Positions 12,901 to 26,499 of a DNA stretch of 64,000 nucleotides are shown here, one piece after another. Under the pieces are notes generated by a model. The model did not search any database and was not told the DNA's origin. It saw only the letters and a program-made list of their open reading frames with translations. The number at the start of each line of letters is the position of its first letter. The first letter of the stretch is position 1. The position numbers were made by a program, and so were the translations under genes. The DNA comes from Sphagnum compactum (taxonomy: Eukaryota), in the NCBI GenBank assembly GCA_965153455.1, contig OZ234493.1, positions 2,418,001 through 2,482,000 of the forward strand. The letters run 5' to 3'.

Positions 12901-15900
12901 CAATTTCTTTTCCTTCACATTCCTTCACAAGAATTGATTTTCCCGATCCATAAAAAAAATTACTAAATATTCTCAAGCACCGTGAAATTTGAATTATAAC
13001 TCCTTTTAGGTAATAGAATGATCAAAGTGTATTTAAAAAGAAAATAGAGTAGGGGTAGAATCATGATAAAAGAGCCACTTGACATGTAACCATAAGTTTT
13101 AACAATTAGTTGGGTGTTTTTTCATCACATTTCATAAATGTTTTATGTTTTCCGAGTGGAATATTCAAGTCTTATAATTTGTTAACAAGTTTCAAAATGT
13201 TGAATGATTTATTAAAATTAAGATATAAAAACCTAAAATATTTTACCATTGTAGAACCAAGCTTTTATGTGCTTAATGTGTGTTTATTGGGCAAGGGTTA
13301 TTGCAATTTGATTCAATTTCAAATGCTTTAATTTATTGTTGATTGCAAAAATGAATTATTTCACATTCCTATTAAAGGTTATTTGATAAATCATATATTT
13401 GAACTAAATATGGTTGTTTTATAATTTACGTATCTTGAAATGTGTTATATTATTATGGAGGTTCTTCAAACTTGGTGTAAATTCAATTAAATTTTTTCCA
13501 TAATAATTTTCAAAGGCATCAACACATACACCTATGTTATGTCAACACATACATGAACTAATTGAACTATTAATTCAAATCTGGATGGAAATATGGATAA
13601 ATCGATGAACTATACAATTGTCTATACATATAATTGTTCATCATGATGGACCATTTGATACAAAACAAACTATGAGCCATTGGATCTAAGGTAAATATAA
13701 ATTTTAAATGAAAACTTAATGGTCTATGTGCATTGTGTCTTTCATGGTGCCATAGCTTGAATAGTGGCTCTAGTAGGATTCTTGTTTAGTTAATCCTAGG
13801 TGAAGTTTTGAGATCCTTGACCCAACAATATTAATCATGAAAATTTGAAAAAAAAAAAATGTGAAGGGAAAAGAAAAACACATTAGTGAAAATGTGTGGT
13901 GCAAACTTTGAAATGCATTTGCATTATTAGAGAAGTAGAAGAAGAGGATTTTGAGGTATTCTTCCCTGGCCCCCACTCCCCCCTAATAGTGCCCCCCTCC
14001 AAGTCATGAACACACTAGATATAATGAAAGTCCACCAAAAAGTGCATTAGAGTTATGTGGTGATAGGAAACATGTGTTTACTCCTTACAAATAACTCATG
14101 TTGAATGTGCACGAGAAGACCATACATGAATTCTTGAATCTTAAACCTTATTAGTATGGTACATCAAGTTTTGTAGATAATAACAATTTTTTTTCCATTC
14201 TTTTTAAGTACTAATTACTTTCATTCTTTAAATGGAATTCCAAAGTTTTCAATGAATCTTCATAGCAAATTGAAATGGTTGAGCACTAAGAAAGAACGTT
14301 TTGCCCTCAAGGTGTGTCGTATTCTTTTTTTGTTTGGATCTTGTTTTGTTTTATTTAAATCATGTTGGAGTAAGTTATGTTGTTGTATGAACTAAAAGGA
14401 GTTCACTTTGCTAATAAGTTTGTGGAAAAAATTGTCTTGGTAGATCTTGTTTACAAGTGATGGAAATCACAGGAGAATCAAGATTAAATGATCCGATAAA
14501 AATAATCATGACAAATGACAACAATGGTGAAGGTCATTGGGAATGGTACATCAAAAAGAAGAAAGTTGACAATTTATGAAAAGGTGAAGTTGTATAAAGA
14601 TCATAAGTTCAAGCACAAGTAAAAGTAAATAATATTGAAAGTTTATAAGTGCTAAAGGTGTTCCAAGGAAGTCAATTGATTATGCATGTTAAACAAAGCT
14701 AAAAGATAAGTACACAAATCATTAAAAGTATAATGGTGTATGTCGTAAAAAAACAAAAGGGTTAAGATGAAAGGCTCCAACAACTTGGGTTTGAAAATGT
14801 CTTGGGTCATTATCTTCTAAAAGGAATGTTGCTTATATATTTGTTCAATATTTCTATTGTGAAATGAAATTAGGAGGTGGTGGATAACTTAATAAAAGGA
14901 CTAACCACCCATATCCTTTATTCATGGAAAACCAAAATTATAATGACAAAAGATATTTTGTGCATTCATTAGTAAAAAACACAGTTTGTTTGATCAAGAA
15001 TTTTAATCACAAAATATCCCATATAAACAAAAATTTAAAAAGTCCCTCATCATTTTGGACAAGTCGATTTTAGCATGTTCGTTATGACTTTGTGGTCATT
15101 TTGACTAGTGAAGTAATGGATAATTTGATTGGTCAAATTAAAGTAATTTATTTATAAATACATTTTCAAAAATAAAATTACAATGGTAGGTAGGCTGAAA
15201 AAGGTATGTAGTTAAGTGGTAGCCTAGCCTAGGTACCCCTATCCGAAACCCTTGGTGATTCTTTCACAACTTTCGAAAAAATTACACAATGAGGTTAAAC
15301 GCCAACATCAAACCTTGCGTACTAGTGAAAAGGTCACTACCATTCACTACACTAATACATGGCATATAAGATTGAAAAAAAAAATTACGTTTATAATCCA
15401 AACCACCATGTATGATCAAGCATGACTACATGACCATGTAGTTTTAAACATCATTGTCAGAACTGTCATTTGTGATTGTGACTTTTGTGATTATAATCAT
15501 ATTTGCCACATTCATGAAGCATTTATCCAATGGTTAAAATTTAGTATTTAAAATATAACTTCAAATTTTTTATTAAATTTTTACTCCCAAATCGCAACCT
15601 AAGACACATTCATGAAATTTATTGAAAATTTATGAATTATCACATGGTAGCTTATAATTGCATTACGCCAAAATGCGTCCTAGTTCACTTTGGGTTTCAT
15701 TAAAATTTGAGTGAATTTGGACATTTTTTCCATGGTGAATTGGTCAACCCCCTAGTGAACAGGGATTAGTTGCTACAGATAGTGAATTGGTTCACTAGTA
15801 CCTAGTGAAACAAGGTTATTCTCAAGTGAAATACAAATTTACCAGGCCATTCACTTGCTAGTTAATTAATCAGGTAACATGTAAATTAATTAAATTTAAA

Positions 15901-16479
15901 TTATTTAATATATAATATTATTGATAATTTCATGATTTTTAGCCTATGAGTTATTAACACATGTCGCTACCTAGGTTACATTTAAAACCTAACCTAGGTA
16001 CATTGGCCACATAATCAACATAAACACCTAATCGTAGGGAATTAGATAGGAGAATATTCGGTCAACTTACCATTGTTGACCATACACACACCACTTGTGA
16101 AGTTTGATCTATTGACCTTTCAAATGGAAGCAAACACCCCTACAATTAAGCCACCCCACTTGGTGTGATAATATATTATGTTGCATTTTATTTATCAAAT
16201 ATTTTATTTTAAATAATAAAAAAAACACAAAATTTGAAAATTCATATCTTATTGAGATTTTGTCCAAATGAAATGATTTGAGTTTTTTTTAAAAAAAATT
16301 CAATAATGTACATAATTACATTTATTTTCTTTTGAAAGTGTAAAATCATTTGAACAAATTTTTTTTTGAATGTCATTATTCAATAGCATTTCAATGACCA
16401 TTCCCTTGGAAAAAAAAAAGTTTAATAAATGGATAAGATTTTTATTAATATAATAATATTACATATGTTAAGTTACTTT

Positions 16480-17760
16480 CAGTTATTATAGGGTTATTTT
16501 TCATTAATCTAAATTATTTCACCTTACATTATTCACGGCTATTCTCAATTACATTTGGCTATTTTTTATTATTTCACCTTAGGCTAATTTTGGTTATTTT
16601 ATGTTATTTTTGGCTATTTTAGCCTATTTCACCTCAAGCTATTTTTGGCTACTGTAAATTATTTTTGGCTATTATGTGTTATTTTCTAACTATTGTAAAT
16701 TATTTCACTTTAGGCAATTTGCAAATATTATATAATTTTGATTATTTTAAGCTATTTCATCTGAAATTATTTTCGACTATGTGAGGTTATTATTAATTAT
16801 TTTATGCTATTATTGGTAATTCTACGCTATTGTAAATTATTTCACCTTAAGTTACTTTTATCTATTGTAGATTATTTCAGCATAATTTTTTTTTGACAAT
16901 TCTAAGCAATTTTAATATATGACTATTGGTGGTTATTCTATTGGTGGTTATTCTATTAATGGCTATTGGTGGATATTAATGGCTATTATATTAATGGTTA
17001 TTGGTGGTTATTATATTAATGGCTATTGGTGACTAAAATACCATAGGTTATGAATGGCTATTAGTGGCTATTGGTGACTATTGATGGTTATTTTATTGGT
17101 GGTTATTGATAGTTATTTTATTGGTGGTTATTAATGGTTATTTTATTAATGGTTATTGGTGGTTATTAGTGCTTATTTTATTAACGATTATTGGTGGGTA
17201 TTCTAGGTTATATTACAATTATTGGTGGCTATTGTATTATAAATTATTATTGGTTATTTTATGTTATATTATGACTATTACTGATTATTTTATTATAAGT
17301 CATTGTTGGATATTTTAAGTTATATTATCATAAGCTATTGGTAGTTATTGTAAGTTATTCTAAATTATTTTTCATGGGCTATTTATTGATTTTTCTAGCC
17401 TATTTTACTTTAGGTTATTTTATTTTATTTTAGATTATTTTAAGTTATTATGTTTAAGATAAAATAACTTAAAATAAAATATAGTATAATGACCTTGAAT
17501 AACCTAAAATATAATTTGAAATAATATATTAACTTAAAATAAAATAACCTAAGGTTAATTTGAATAATTTAATTTAAAATAACTTTAAAAACCTATAAAT
17601 AAGTTAGCTAGGATACCTTAAGGTATAATAATGTATAATAATTTAAGGTATAATAACTTATAATAACTTATAATAATGTAAGGTATAGATTAAAATAACT
17701 AAAGTAACCTATAATAATATAAGGTATACCATAAAATAACATATATATAGTATTTGAAAC
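16480..17760. repeat. Degenerate short-period satellite of GGYTATT / TATTGGTGG units, followed by TAACYTAAAA-type units of opposite strand bias
   Basis: Dozens of GGCTATT/GGTTATT motifs at 16480-17450, then TAACCT/TAACTT-rich units at 17460-17760. Confidence 0.8.
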
Positions 17761-18249
17761 AACATAAAACTAAACATATTTACTACAATAAATTATAATA
17801 GTGAATTATGTCAACTAATAGTGAAACATGATGTTTACATAGTGATATTATAGTGAAATAACTTTAACCAGGGTGAAATCACTAAAATGCAATGAACTTA
17901 TTTCACTTTTAAGGTCCCATAGTGATTTGAGCTAATGATTTGCACCCCACATTTGTAGTAATGTTGGGACATTAATTCTTTTGGTCCCATTGTGTGATGC
18001 CATGTGATACTCAAAATTTAATCAAATAACATTAGGTCAGATTACCTATGCTACCTCGCTTCAAAAACTTAGCTTAAACAAAACCGCATAAACTAAAAGG
18101 CACTAAGGTTAAATTAACCACCTAAATTAAAAGTCTATGTATTATTTAGGTTGTAAGTGGGAAAACTTGATCCTTTCACCTCCACATAGTACCACAACAT
18201 ATTTATGGTAATATAATTAATTATCATAAAATTATAAACAACGATATTT

Positions 18250-20120
18250 TTTTGTCTAGGTTAACTCGGGATGACCTAGGTTCATTTAATAAAACTTAAG
18301 CGCATTTTGGTGAACTAGGTTAAATCATGTTAAATTATTGTCACATAGGCCAAATTAAACTAGATCAATTGTTGTTTAATTAGGCGAAACTAAATTAATT
18401 TAAATTACACTAAACTAAGTTATTAAGGTTAAACTAAGTTAAATTAAATTAAATTAAATTAAGTTACATCATGATATTTAGGCTAAATGGGTGAAAGCAC
18501 ACTATAGTGACCTTCTTTGGGGTGTCACATTACATACTATTTTTTAGAGGTGTGCATGTTAGGGTGTATCCCACCTCAAACTTTTTTTAAAAATTCATAA
18601 TTTTTTCATATTATGTTAGAATATAATATAGGTAATATATTTTTGAAAATATTTTATTTCATTTTATAAAGTGGGAGATTAGAATATATTTGTGAAAACA
18701 AACGTAATGTACCTATGTACTCAAAAACACAAATATATTCCAAAAATAATTTAAATGATTTTTAATATTTATGAAAGTTGAAGATATATTAAACCATGTC
18801 ATTTTAAATAGTTTGAACCATGTTTAGATACCATGTGATTGATTTGAAATTTTTCATCTAACAAAAATTGCGTTTTTTTAGCAAAGATGTGATATGTGTG
18901 TGCTAAATTGAAATTTTGACAAGTAATCACATTCACATGGAAGATGACAAGCATAACTAAATGGGCCATATTTTAAATTTCATAAAAATTGATTTTTTTA
19001 ATGACTAATGAAACCCTAAAATTAGTGCAGTCAAAATGAAACAATGACCCTATTATACCAATGTATATTATAAATATACCCATAGATCCCTCAATATAAA
19101 TAATGAAATTTATTATTTTCTTTAAAAAATTACATAACATTAATTTTGTAAAAATTATAGTTGTAAGGCCCAAAAACCAAAGTTGATATCCAAAATTGAA
19201 TGTACCATACTTTTGGAACAATTATATTGTATGTACTATTATACTACACCTAAATATTGCTCCAAAGGGAATCAAGTAGTGTGCTTTCACCCAAATTTGG
19301 TCATTTAGGCTAAATTAAGCTATTTCTGTTAAGATATGTTAAATTAAGTGAAAGTAAATTAAACAAGGTTATTTAGATTAAACCAGGTTAAATTAAGCTA
19401 AACAAATCTACTTATGTTAAATTAAGCTACTTAGGTTATATTAGGCTATTTATGATCAATTAGGCTAAACTAAATTACTTTGACTAAATTAGGTTAAATT
19501 AAACTACTTTGGCTAAAGTAGGCTACTTTGTGTTAAATTAAAGCAACTTAGGTTAAATTAGGCTAATGCGGTTAAACTATTATAAATTAGGCTAAACTAG
19601 ACCATTTAAACTAAATTAAGCTAAATTATTAAGTTATTTTGCTAAACTTATCAACTTATGTTGTATTTTGTTATTTTGGTTGAATTAGGCTAAACTAGGT
19701 TATTTAAGTGAAATTAAATTAAATTAAACTACTTAGTTAAATTATATTACTTAGGTTAAATAAGGCTAAGTTAAGTTAAATTAGGATAATGAAGTTAAAT
19801 TAGGCTATTTAGGCCAAACTAAATTAAATCAAGTTAAACTAGAACTAGGCTACTTAAGTTAAATTAGGCTAAACATGGGTAAATTATAGGTTAAGCTAAG
19901 CTACTTATGCTAAACTATGTTAAATTAAGCTAAAATAAATTAAAATAAATTACTTATGTTAAACCAAGTGAAATTATGTTAAGTTAAACTCAACTAAGCT
20001 ATTTAGGCTAAATTATGTGAAATTATACTAAATGAGGTTAAACTACATTAAACTTGGTTAAATTAAGTTAAAGTAGGTTATATTAAATTAGATTATACTA
20101 CTTAGGCTAAACTAAGTTAT
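18250..20120. repeat. Degenerate ~10-bp tandem array (consensus ~TTAGGYTAAA), interrupted by a TIR element
   Basis: Repeated TTAGGCTAAA/TTAGGTTAAA/TTAAGCTAAA at 18250-18488 and 19300-20120. Confidence 0.85.
18489..19292. mobile_element. 804-bp non-autonomous TIR DNA transposon (MITE-like) with a 4-bp TSD; Sola-like ends
   Basis: Perfect 16-bp TIR GGGTGAAAGCACACTA (18489-18504) / TAGTGTGCTTTCACCC (19277-19292). Flanked by AAAT at 18485-18488 and 19293-19296. AT-rich interior with no recognisable coding sequence. Confidence 0.85.
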
Positions 20121-23100
20121 ATTTGTTTACATTGGGCAAAAAGTTTGAAAATTGTTGTTGAAAAGTAAATAAGATTTTCATTGTAAGTTTGGAATGATTA
20201 ATATGACAAAAGAGAGAATTTGAATTATACTTTTGGAAGAAGATTTGAATTAATATTCTTCCATGAGGAATTTCATGAGGGGGAATTGGTGAAGAAAGGG
20301 TTCATTAATATTATATGATTTCAAATACATAAGGAAGGAAGAAGAATAACCAAAACATCAAATTCTTTTGGATTTTGTTTTTAAATTAATGCATGTTCAT
20401 TTCATATTAAACAATAAAGAGTAATATGAATTTTGTTGCATTTTTATAATGATTGTGTATGTGAAACAATAGGATTAATGATACAATTATAATTGTATTA
20501 TATCTATTGTTCATTCTATAATATTTCATATGTAAAGATTGAAGTCTAGATTCTATGGTAAGAAAATTCAATTTAGGAACTACAAAATTTAGTACTTACC
20601 AATCGTATTTATACAATTAGTTCAAAAAATTCCAAAAGAATTCAAGACCTCATCTAAATTTTAAAAATTAAAAAAAATCTAAGACCTTGTGTAGATTGAT
20701 GACACATACATAAAGATATGTTCATTTTCACAAAGGTGCCCACAAATAAGGTCAATTCCAAATCAACACAACTACTAATCAACTAGTTGCATTTAAAATC
20801 ATAATCACTTATTATCATACTTATAGTCTTGTAGTCATAAGTTTGATCATATTCAAAAAAATCTTCCCAACTTGAGATGAAATATAACTACATGACTACA
20901 CTAGAACAACATATGGAAGTTATTTTGATCATCAAATCCATATTTTAATGTGGTGACCACTTCCAATGGTTCCGCCACCACTATCATTTTTGCTTCAAGT
21001 GGCTCCATTGACACTCCCACTTTCATTTGTTGAATTAGTATTAAGAGTTATCAATGTCCCATTAATTAGAACCATGATCATTCCAATGATGGAAACATAG
21101 TTGGGCAACCAATATAGTTGCTATTGTTTGATTTTTACCTTGTGGGCACGCATAAATTCATGGTAATCATCCATAGGTGGCCTTCCAAATGTCGGAACAA
21201 ATTACCCTTCCATGTTATGAAAGGAGTGAATAGTTAGGGATTGTGCAAATATTACAAATCACATTAGCTACCAAACAATTGGCTAAAATAATTTAGTTCA
21301 ATGGTGTTAACCACCCATGAATACAAATATGGCCATTTGGTGGTTGCATAAATGACGTCCATGTTTCACAACAATGGTGGGGTGATTAACCGTGAGGGTG
21401 AACTTGCCTTGGAATATGAGAAATCCTTTTTATATACAAATAATGATAATGTGGGTAGTTCAAATCACACCCCTTAATGCCATGTAACCCCATTGATACC
21501 TATCAAAATATCCCCTATTATGGAATTTTGTGTCACCTCTATGGTGAACCCTAACCTTAAATATTAAGTAATTAACCAAACCTTCCCCCTAATTGGGATG
21601 TTGGACCTTTGGGGTTACCTTAACCTTAATCCATGGCGCTTGGATCACAAAGACATTTCACAAGGCCAATAAACTTGGGCACATTTTAAACACAACAAAT
21701 GTGGTTTATTAGCCATCAAGTTGATTTCACCATCACAAATAATCAATAAGACAATTGGTGATAAATCTAAAATATCTGCAATATCATCAACACCATCACA
21801 ACTTAACTTTTCCCATTACTTTAACATTATTCAAGGAAAGTGCATAAATTGAATGTGGTTGGCAAACCCCCAACATGATAATTTGTGTTTTGAAAACTTG
21901 TCATGGAATAGTAACTATCCACATGGTATTTGAAACTTGCGTATTGAAACCTTCTTATGGAATGTTAAGCCCAACGATGTGGTATATGAAATTCATACAT
22001 ACCGAAACTCATCCCAAAATGCCAAGCCCATCCATGAACAACATTTCCCAAACGGAGGGAATTAAAACACAAACATAACCCAAGATTAGAACAACACAAA
22101 ATGATAATAAACTTTCATGCAACATGATTTTCAATTTTGTAATTCTTGTTAGGAATTATGATAGAAATTCAAATATTATTTTTTATTTGTTGATGGCATG
22201 ACACTCCACCATTGTAGGGTGTAGTTTTTTGGGCTTATTATTACTAATGTAAGTTGTTAGTAATTGTCGTGAACTTGTCCCGCACACCTTGCTAAAAATG
22301 ATTTCCATAAATGTATGATTTCAAAAGGTCTGAAAACTTGCACACACTTAGTTTTCCTTTCCTAGAACTCAATGGCAAATATGGCACTTAATTTTGCCTC
22401 CATATGTGCACAACATGAAAATTTGAATAAACTTTAAGTTAAAGCAAAAATTAGGTATTTTATGAAAGGTAATTACATTTTACTATGACAAACACCATAA
22501 AAGGTTAAATTGTAGAAACCTATAATAAGTTGGCAAGATGAGCCATACCTTAGTTAGTTAGTTGACATGTGCAAATCCATATACATAGTATAACAAACTA
22601 ACTATTAGTAGCATACTGACATGCTCATGTTTTTTAGTAAACAAGCTGAACTAGAACTTATTTACACAAGAAAAAATCTTGTCTTTTTCCACTATCCAAA
22701 TTCATTCGGTTTTTAATGAAAAAGGACAAAATTGACTAATATGCAATTTGTATGCATTTTGGTCAAAAAAAGCTAGTTGGTTATGACATTTTTAGTGAAA
22801 TATTTTTTAATCTTTTTGGATAGTCACATGTTGCACTAGATAATTTTTAATTTAAAAATTATGACATGGATATATGAGGTCCCAAGTTAGTATGATGCGG
22901 AATAATGTGCATCATTGTACAAAAAAAAAAAAAAAATCTTTTTCGGATCATGGAGTCACGGATTGCATTTTTGTCGCAACATGTTGTGACAAAATTATAT
23001 GTCATGAAAAAAAAGTTTTCAAAAAAAAAAATTCAACAATTTTTTTTTCATGTGATTCACCATGATGTATGTATAAGGTGTGTTAATGCACATATCCATC

Positions 23101-25019
23101 AAGGATTAAACCCAACACCTCATGGAAGCACAATGAGGCCTTAACCACCAAACCACTTCAAAACTTTATTAATAAAAAAGAAAAAAATTAACTTTATTAT
23201 GTTTGGTATGAAATTGTTTAGCAAATTCAAACTTTAACATACATTAAAAAAAAACTTTATTCAAATGTTACAAATGAAAACATGATCTTGAAGCTTATTC
23301 AATAATGTATTCAAAAAAATTATTATCATTTAAAAAATTAAAATTTAAGTTTTAAGAAAATTGAAATTGCATATCATGAATAAATCTACAAATATTTTCA
23401 TAAATTTAATGTAAACTCAAAAATGCATTAATTAAGTCTTACAATTTTATTTTCATTACATAAAAGATGTCCAATTTTTATAAAATTAAAAATTTTAATT
23501 TTCCCCAATATAATTAGGTAAATTTATTTATTTATTTTTGTGATGTTGTTAAAATGGTAATCATCCATACAAAAATTGCCACATTTGGTTATAGACAAGT
23601 AGTGTAATTGGAATTTATTTAAATCCTTTAATATTATAATTATTTATTATGTTTTATTGTAAGAAATTGATAATATACATTTTAAATTTGACAAAATATC
23701 AATTAAAAAATGTTATTGCCCTTTTAAATTGGCAAGAATTAGCCACAAGAAGAAACATTAATTAAGTAGTCAATGTAAACATTTAATTATAAAGATCATA
23801 TTTGTTTAGTAAGATGAATCATACAATAATACAAGTGATAATTACATAATTTTGAAAAAAACTGCAACATTTTATTTTATTTTTAGATTAGAAATATATT
23901 TTACTTTTTTTCCTTTTAAAAAGTAAAATAAATTTAATTTGATGAAAGTTTGGATTTAAATAGTTAGATTACCCACCCCCCCCCCTCACCCCTTGCGCCC
24001 CCTGTCCACAACCAACATGTTTTTAAAATTTGAATTTCCCTAACTTGGCAATTCTTGTTGGGAAAAAAATGTAAAAAAAGAGAAAATTTCCAAAAATTGA
24101 GATCACAAATTTCAAAGAAAAAAAGTTACTCCTAATGAGTAAAAGTTTAAAAAATAATTCTAATAATTCCAACATTAAACACATAAAAAATTTCCAACAT
24201 CAAATTTATTTGAAAAAATTTAAGTTTAATATTTGAGATCATTATAAATATTATCCAATTAAAAAAAAATTACGATAAATATTGATGATGTAATTGAGTT
24301 TTTCTTTCTTGTGAATTCCACCATTTGGGAACATAAAAAAGATTGTCACCATCAACAAAAGATTAATTTTTTAAATATTTTTTTACATTTAAAAAAATGA
24401 TATAATGGGTTTTAAGACTTGTAACCAAAATATATAAATATTTAACAAATTTGTACCTCCATGTATGGTTTATAGCCAAAACATGGCTTAATTTTCTTGT
24501 GCATGATCTTGAAAAAATTACAAAATTAAAAATATTAAAAAATTAAAAAAATCATTGATGTCATTATTATTATAACCACTTATAATTATTATTTAAAATT
24601 TTTATTTAAATGAATTTTTAAAATTTCATCTATAAATATTTAAACATAAACACCTAACATAACAAGTTAAAAATTTGATAAACCATGCTTAAAATAAAAA
24701 TAATAATCATAAATAGTGATAATTTTCATAATAATAATATATATAATTTAATCATTTTTTAACATGGAATTTTTTTCATACACGAAAGAAAAAAAATGGA
24801 GAAAAAATTAGGGATTATTTGTGGGACTTTTTTTGGTGTGGTGTCATGAACATTCATAATAATAAACTTGTCCATGATACCTAAAACAAACTAAGGGAAA
24901 AACATACATTCTAATTTACATAAATGTACAAAAATTTGATATATGAAAAAATTATAATTTAGAGGTTTACGTGCATCCTAAACTTTGCATGTATGAACAT
25001 TTTCACGTAATCAATAACC

Positions 25020-25870
25020 CATGCAAATATAAATGTGAGACTTCCCAAGTTTTTATACATCCATTTAAAAAAATTATGGTGAGTGCAAAATGCAATGCAT
25101 GAGTAATGGATTTAACAACATTCAAAGTGAATGATTCAACTCATATGCAAATGTTAGTAATTCAAAAAATGCGAAAAATTTCACTAACCCATTCAAGTAT
25201 AAATGTGAAACATTAAATTGTTATGTGCGTTTCAATATATACTAGTAAGTGCAATATGCAACATTTAAATAATGATTTCAATAAATTCAAAGTGGATGAT
25301 TCAACTCATGTAAAGATGTTGATAGTTCAAGAAATGTAAAAAAATCATTAAACCATTCAAATATAATTGTAAAATATTTAGTTGCATGTTAATCAATCAA
25401 TTACACTTGGGTGCCCATCAGGGAGCAATTCACACCCTGTAGCACCCGCCGGCTGAGGCTTGCCTCAGCTGGCCTTAATGGCCCACATTGCGTTGATTAG
25501 GCCTTTCCAAACTGCCCTTTCCTGGGCGCTGTCTTAAAACATCTGGCCTTCGTTAGTTGCATGGAAGTGTCCACCCCCCGTTGTGGACGTGGAAGCTACA
25601 TCATCCCTGTACCCCTTCTGGATAGATAGTTGCATGTGTTTTGGTATATTATAATAAGTGCAAGATGCAATTTCTAAGTAATGGTTTTAACATATTAAAA
25701 GTGAATGGTTCAATTTTGATAATTGAAGAGATGTGAAAAAAATCATTAATTCATTTCAATATAAATGTGGGGTTTAAAATTGTTACATGTGTTTTAATAA
25801 ATTATGGGAAATGTAAAATGGAACTCCTAAATAATGGTTTCAACATATTAAAATTTAATGGTTTCAATAT
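25020..25870. repeat. About four degenerate tandem units of ~165 bp; the third is interrupted by an RTE insertion
   Basis: Recurring TAAATGTG...AGTGCAA.ATGCAA...TAATG...AAAGTG.ATG.TTCAA blocks starting near 25030, 25200, 25364 and 25762. Confidence 0.75.
25390..25626 (-). mobile_element. 5'-truncated RTE-clade non-LTR retrotransposon (or RTE-derived SINE), 237 bp
   Basis: GC-rich island with 11-bp TSD TAGTTGCATGT (25379-25389 and 25627-25637). The minus strand encodes AQERAVWKGLINAMWAIKAS*, like the RTE C-terminal AQDRxxWR motif. It has a stem-loop at 25449-25472 and an (ATTG)n-type tail instead of poly(A). Confidence 0.8.
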
Positions 25871-26499
25871 TATTTTTTCATAGAATATCAAAACATATCT
25901 CTTTATTTCATGTATTTCATAAAATACATAAAAACTCATTTCCCTTGGATGGTATCACATTTTTTTGGTTTTTAACACTTCTTTTCTAGCTTCTATTACA
26001 CATGCTTCTTGTTAAAGCCGCAAATTGTGTACATCATTAAACTTTTCACTTCAACTTTCATTCTATTTACTTTGGTATTTTTGTTTTCAATCTACATGTC
26101 ACAAGTTGTGAACAATATAACTTGAATGAAGATGTTTATTTATGTTGTCATCATCACACTACTTATATGGTGGTTGGTTTCATTGTTGTGAGTTTTTTCA
26201 TTGCCATCATCACCTTTGTAATCATAGTCATAAAATAAAAGTTTTGGATCTTCAAAGTTTTGTGAGGTTTCATTTCTTGAAGGTTTCGGGAGATTTCATG
26301 TCTTCAATTTTTATTTTTCACTCTAGGTTTATGGACTTCGATACTAAATGTAACATTGATTATGAAGCATGTGATGGGAACATGGAAAAACTTATTGTCA
26401 CGAACATCACTAACAAAACAGTGTAACCACCTATAATCATTGTGGACAAACACAGATCGTAAAGCTAGTGAGTAAGGAGGTCAAAGCCAAATGAAAAGC

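Noticed and set aside
18250-20120. Interstitial telomere
   Set aside because: Units are ~10-bp TTAGGYTAAA, not TTTAGGG runs.
20900-22100. Coding-like decayed sequence (similar stretches at ~11.3-14.9 kb and ~42.5-44.9 kb)
   Set aside because: Probably old transposon ORFs, but no motif could be assigned confidently by eye; BLASTX is needed.
22780-23070. GTCGCA/TGTGAC motifs resembling CACTA subterminal repeats
   Set aside because: No intact CACTA TIR could be located.
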